Source of the DNA: a virus
DNA length: 5,938 nucleotides
Reading direction: 5' to 3' (one strand)
Virus record (IMG/VR): IMGVR_UViG_3300020029_000046
Span: 1 to 5,938 of that record
The notes beneath the pieces were generated by a model. That model saw nothing but the letters and a program-made list of their open reading frames with translations, did not search any database and was not told where the DNA came from. This document shows, one piece after another, positions 5,074 to 5,938 of the stretch. How positions within the stretch are numbered: the first letter of the stretch is position 1; each line of letters starts with the position of its first letter. Made by a program: the position numbers and the translations under genes.

Positions 5074-5938
5074 GGAATATTGTCATATCGACCAACTTTG
5101 ACGCCTTTTCGAACACCATCAGCGTCATAATATTCTTCGTAGGAAGTTCTGGTGCCACCAACGGAACCTCGGGATTTAGCACCCATGCGCATGGCAGCGG
5201 CAGCGGCAGCACCACCAGCAACCTTTTCAGTAATACCCATGAGCATGGGATGCTTACGCTGCCAGTTCATGAAACCTTCAGCGGCAACACCCTGTTCTCC
5301 GACGGTATACTTCAAGCCATTGAGATAAAGGGCAATATCCTTACCGGTCATCTTCTTCGTCTTACCCGTAGGCTCGCCTTTCTCGTTAATCTCCTGCACA
5401 TCAATAGGGGTAGTCCAGTTCACATCAAACCATTCCAATAAATCCTTACGCTCGACGTCCATCAACTCAGTGGAAGCGTCAAGATTACGAGCGGAGGCAA
5501 TCAAATACGCAAGATCGGCAGCGGCCATTCGCTCCATAAGCGGAATCTGAGCACCGTTAAGAGCGCGAATACGATCATTCTGCTGGGTAATAAGAGCACA
5601 CTCTCCGACAATCTTCAACCAATTCTGGGTAGCAATAAGATCAGCATATTTATTCTGGGCGTCCTGCCAGGTAGTCAAGACATTAAGATTGGCCGCGCGG
5701 GCCTCCTCTGATTTGATACCGGCTTCACTAAGTTGCATAGCCAAATCAAACGCACGGGCATAGCGATCGGGGTCCTGCGTACGATTTTCTATTTCCTGGG
5801 CAGTAGCACGATCAAGACGAGCAGCGGCATTGTTGCGGTCACGCTCAGAGAAAGTAAGCATATTCTGACCAAGGGACGCCATATCGAGAGGACCAGCGCC
5901 AGGGGCTGAAAAGCCACCAGAAGGGCCAGAAGCACCAA
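5061..5938 (-). CDS. VP2: Minor capsid / DNA pilot protein VP2, 3' (C-terminal) part. It is open at the right window edge, and the last 121 nt duplicate 1-121.
   Basis: The track ORF 5061..5882 (273 aa, starting MASLGQN) has no upstream stop before the window edge. The frame continues through 5883-5938 (= 66-121) and on to the ATG at 500. The central region is helical and Q/A/E/R-rich. The C-terminus is Gly/Ala-rich (GGAAAAAAMRMGAKSRGSVGG). TAA stop at 5063..5061. Confidence 0.8.
   Translation of the reverse strand, partial: GASGPSGGFSAPGAGPLDMASLGQNMLTFSERDRNNAAARLDRATAQEIENRTQDPDRYARAFDLAMQLSEAGIKSEEARAANLNVLTTWQDAQNKYADLIATQNWLKIVGECALITQQNDRIRALNGAQIPLMERMAAADLAYLIASARNLDASTELMDVERKDLLEWFDVNWTTPIDVQEINEKGEPTGKTKKMTGKDIALYLNGLKYTVGEQGVAAEGFMNWQRKHPMLMGITEKVAGGAAAAAAMRMGAKSRGSVGGTRTSYEEYYDADGVRKGVKVGRYDNIPLKY
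5818..5938. repeat. Right copy of the exact 121-nt direct terminal overlap
   Basis: Identical to 1-121. It lies inside the VP2 coding sequence, so it is an assembly or linearisation redundancy and not a biological repeat. Confidence 0.95.

Larger units (their letters stand above)
1..5817 (-). other. One complete unit of a circular Microviridae (ssDNA phage) genome; coding/viral strand is the reverse complement of the window
   Basis: Bases 1-121 are identical to 5818-5938, so the contig closes on itself with a period of 5817 nt. The VP1 + VP2 + VP4 gene set is all on one strand with very short or overlapping gene junctions. The size is in the microvirus range. Confidence 0.9.

Noticed and set aside
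261-5441. All plus-strand ORFs in the track (261..449, 866..1108, 1006..1191, 2880..3083, 3389..3697, 3809..4198, 4237..4473, 4801..5001, 5250..5441)
   Set aside because: Each is antisense to a well-supported or tightly packed minus-strand gene. They are short, low-complexity or oddly composed (K/R/S/T-rich), and lack any recognisable motif. Microviridae transcribe a single strand, so these are best explained as chance antisense ORFs.
1-5938. I looked for tRNA/rRNA genes, CRISPR repeats, integrase/transposase genes, defence-system genes and host flanks (integrated prophage)
   Set aside because: There are no repeat-spacer periodicity, no cloverleaf-like segments in the short non-coding regions, and no ORF with recombinase, nuclease-defence or NTPase motifs. 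The whole window is accounted for by one circular phage genome.

Overview
The window is one complete genome of a small circular ssDNA phage of the family Microviridae. It has the VP1/VP2/VP4 gene set typical of gokushovirus- or alpavirus-like phages, not phiX-like ones. The sequence was linearised with an exact 121-nt terminal overlap (1-121 = 5818-5938), so the real unit is 5817 nt. All credible genes lie on the minus strand, so the packaged, mRNA-sense strand is the reverse complement of what is shown. Gene order on that strand is: replication initiator VP4 (4195->3131), major capsid protein VP1 (3125->1320), an acidic ~107-111 aa ORF (1257/1245->922), a 221-nt structured intergenic region, a 65-aa signal-anchor or lipoprotein-like ORF (700->503), the pilot protein VP2 (500->1, continuing across the junction to 5817->5061; 418 aa in total), then three tightly coupled small ORFs with no recognisable function (5014->4751, 4739->4440, 4440->4195) leading back into VP4. 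The supplied ORF track truncates VP2 to 273 aa because the gene spans the linearisation point. I found no tRNA, rRNA, CRISPR array, integrase or transposase. The points most worth follow-up are these: the small membrane/lipoprotein-like gene just upstream of VP2, a candidate lysis or exclusion factor in a phage group with no known lysis gene; a 116-aa multi-TM ORF overprinted in the +1 frame of VP4; the structured intergenic region, which has a 13-bp stem-loop, a phiX-ori-like AACTTGA core and a GC-clamped element followed by a T-run; a large aromatic/Ser/Thr-rich insertion in VP1; and the complete lack of Shine-Dalgarno sequences plus one Bacteroides-type -33/-7 promoter match, which points to a Bacteroidota host. 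Subfamily, host and all small-ORF functions are inferences that need database and structure searches I cannot run.
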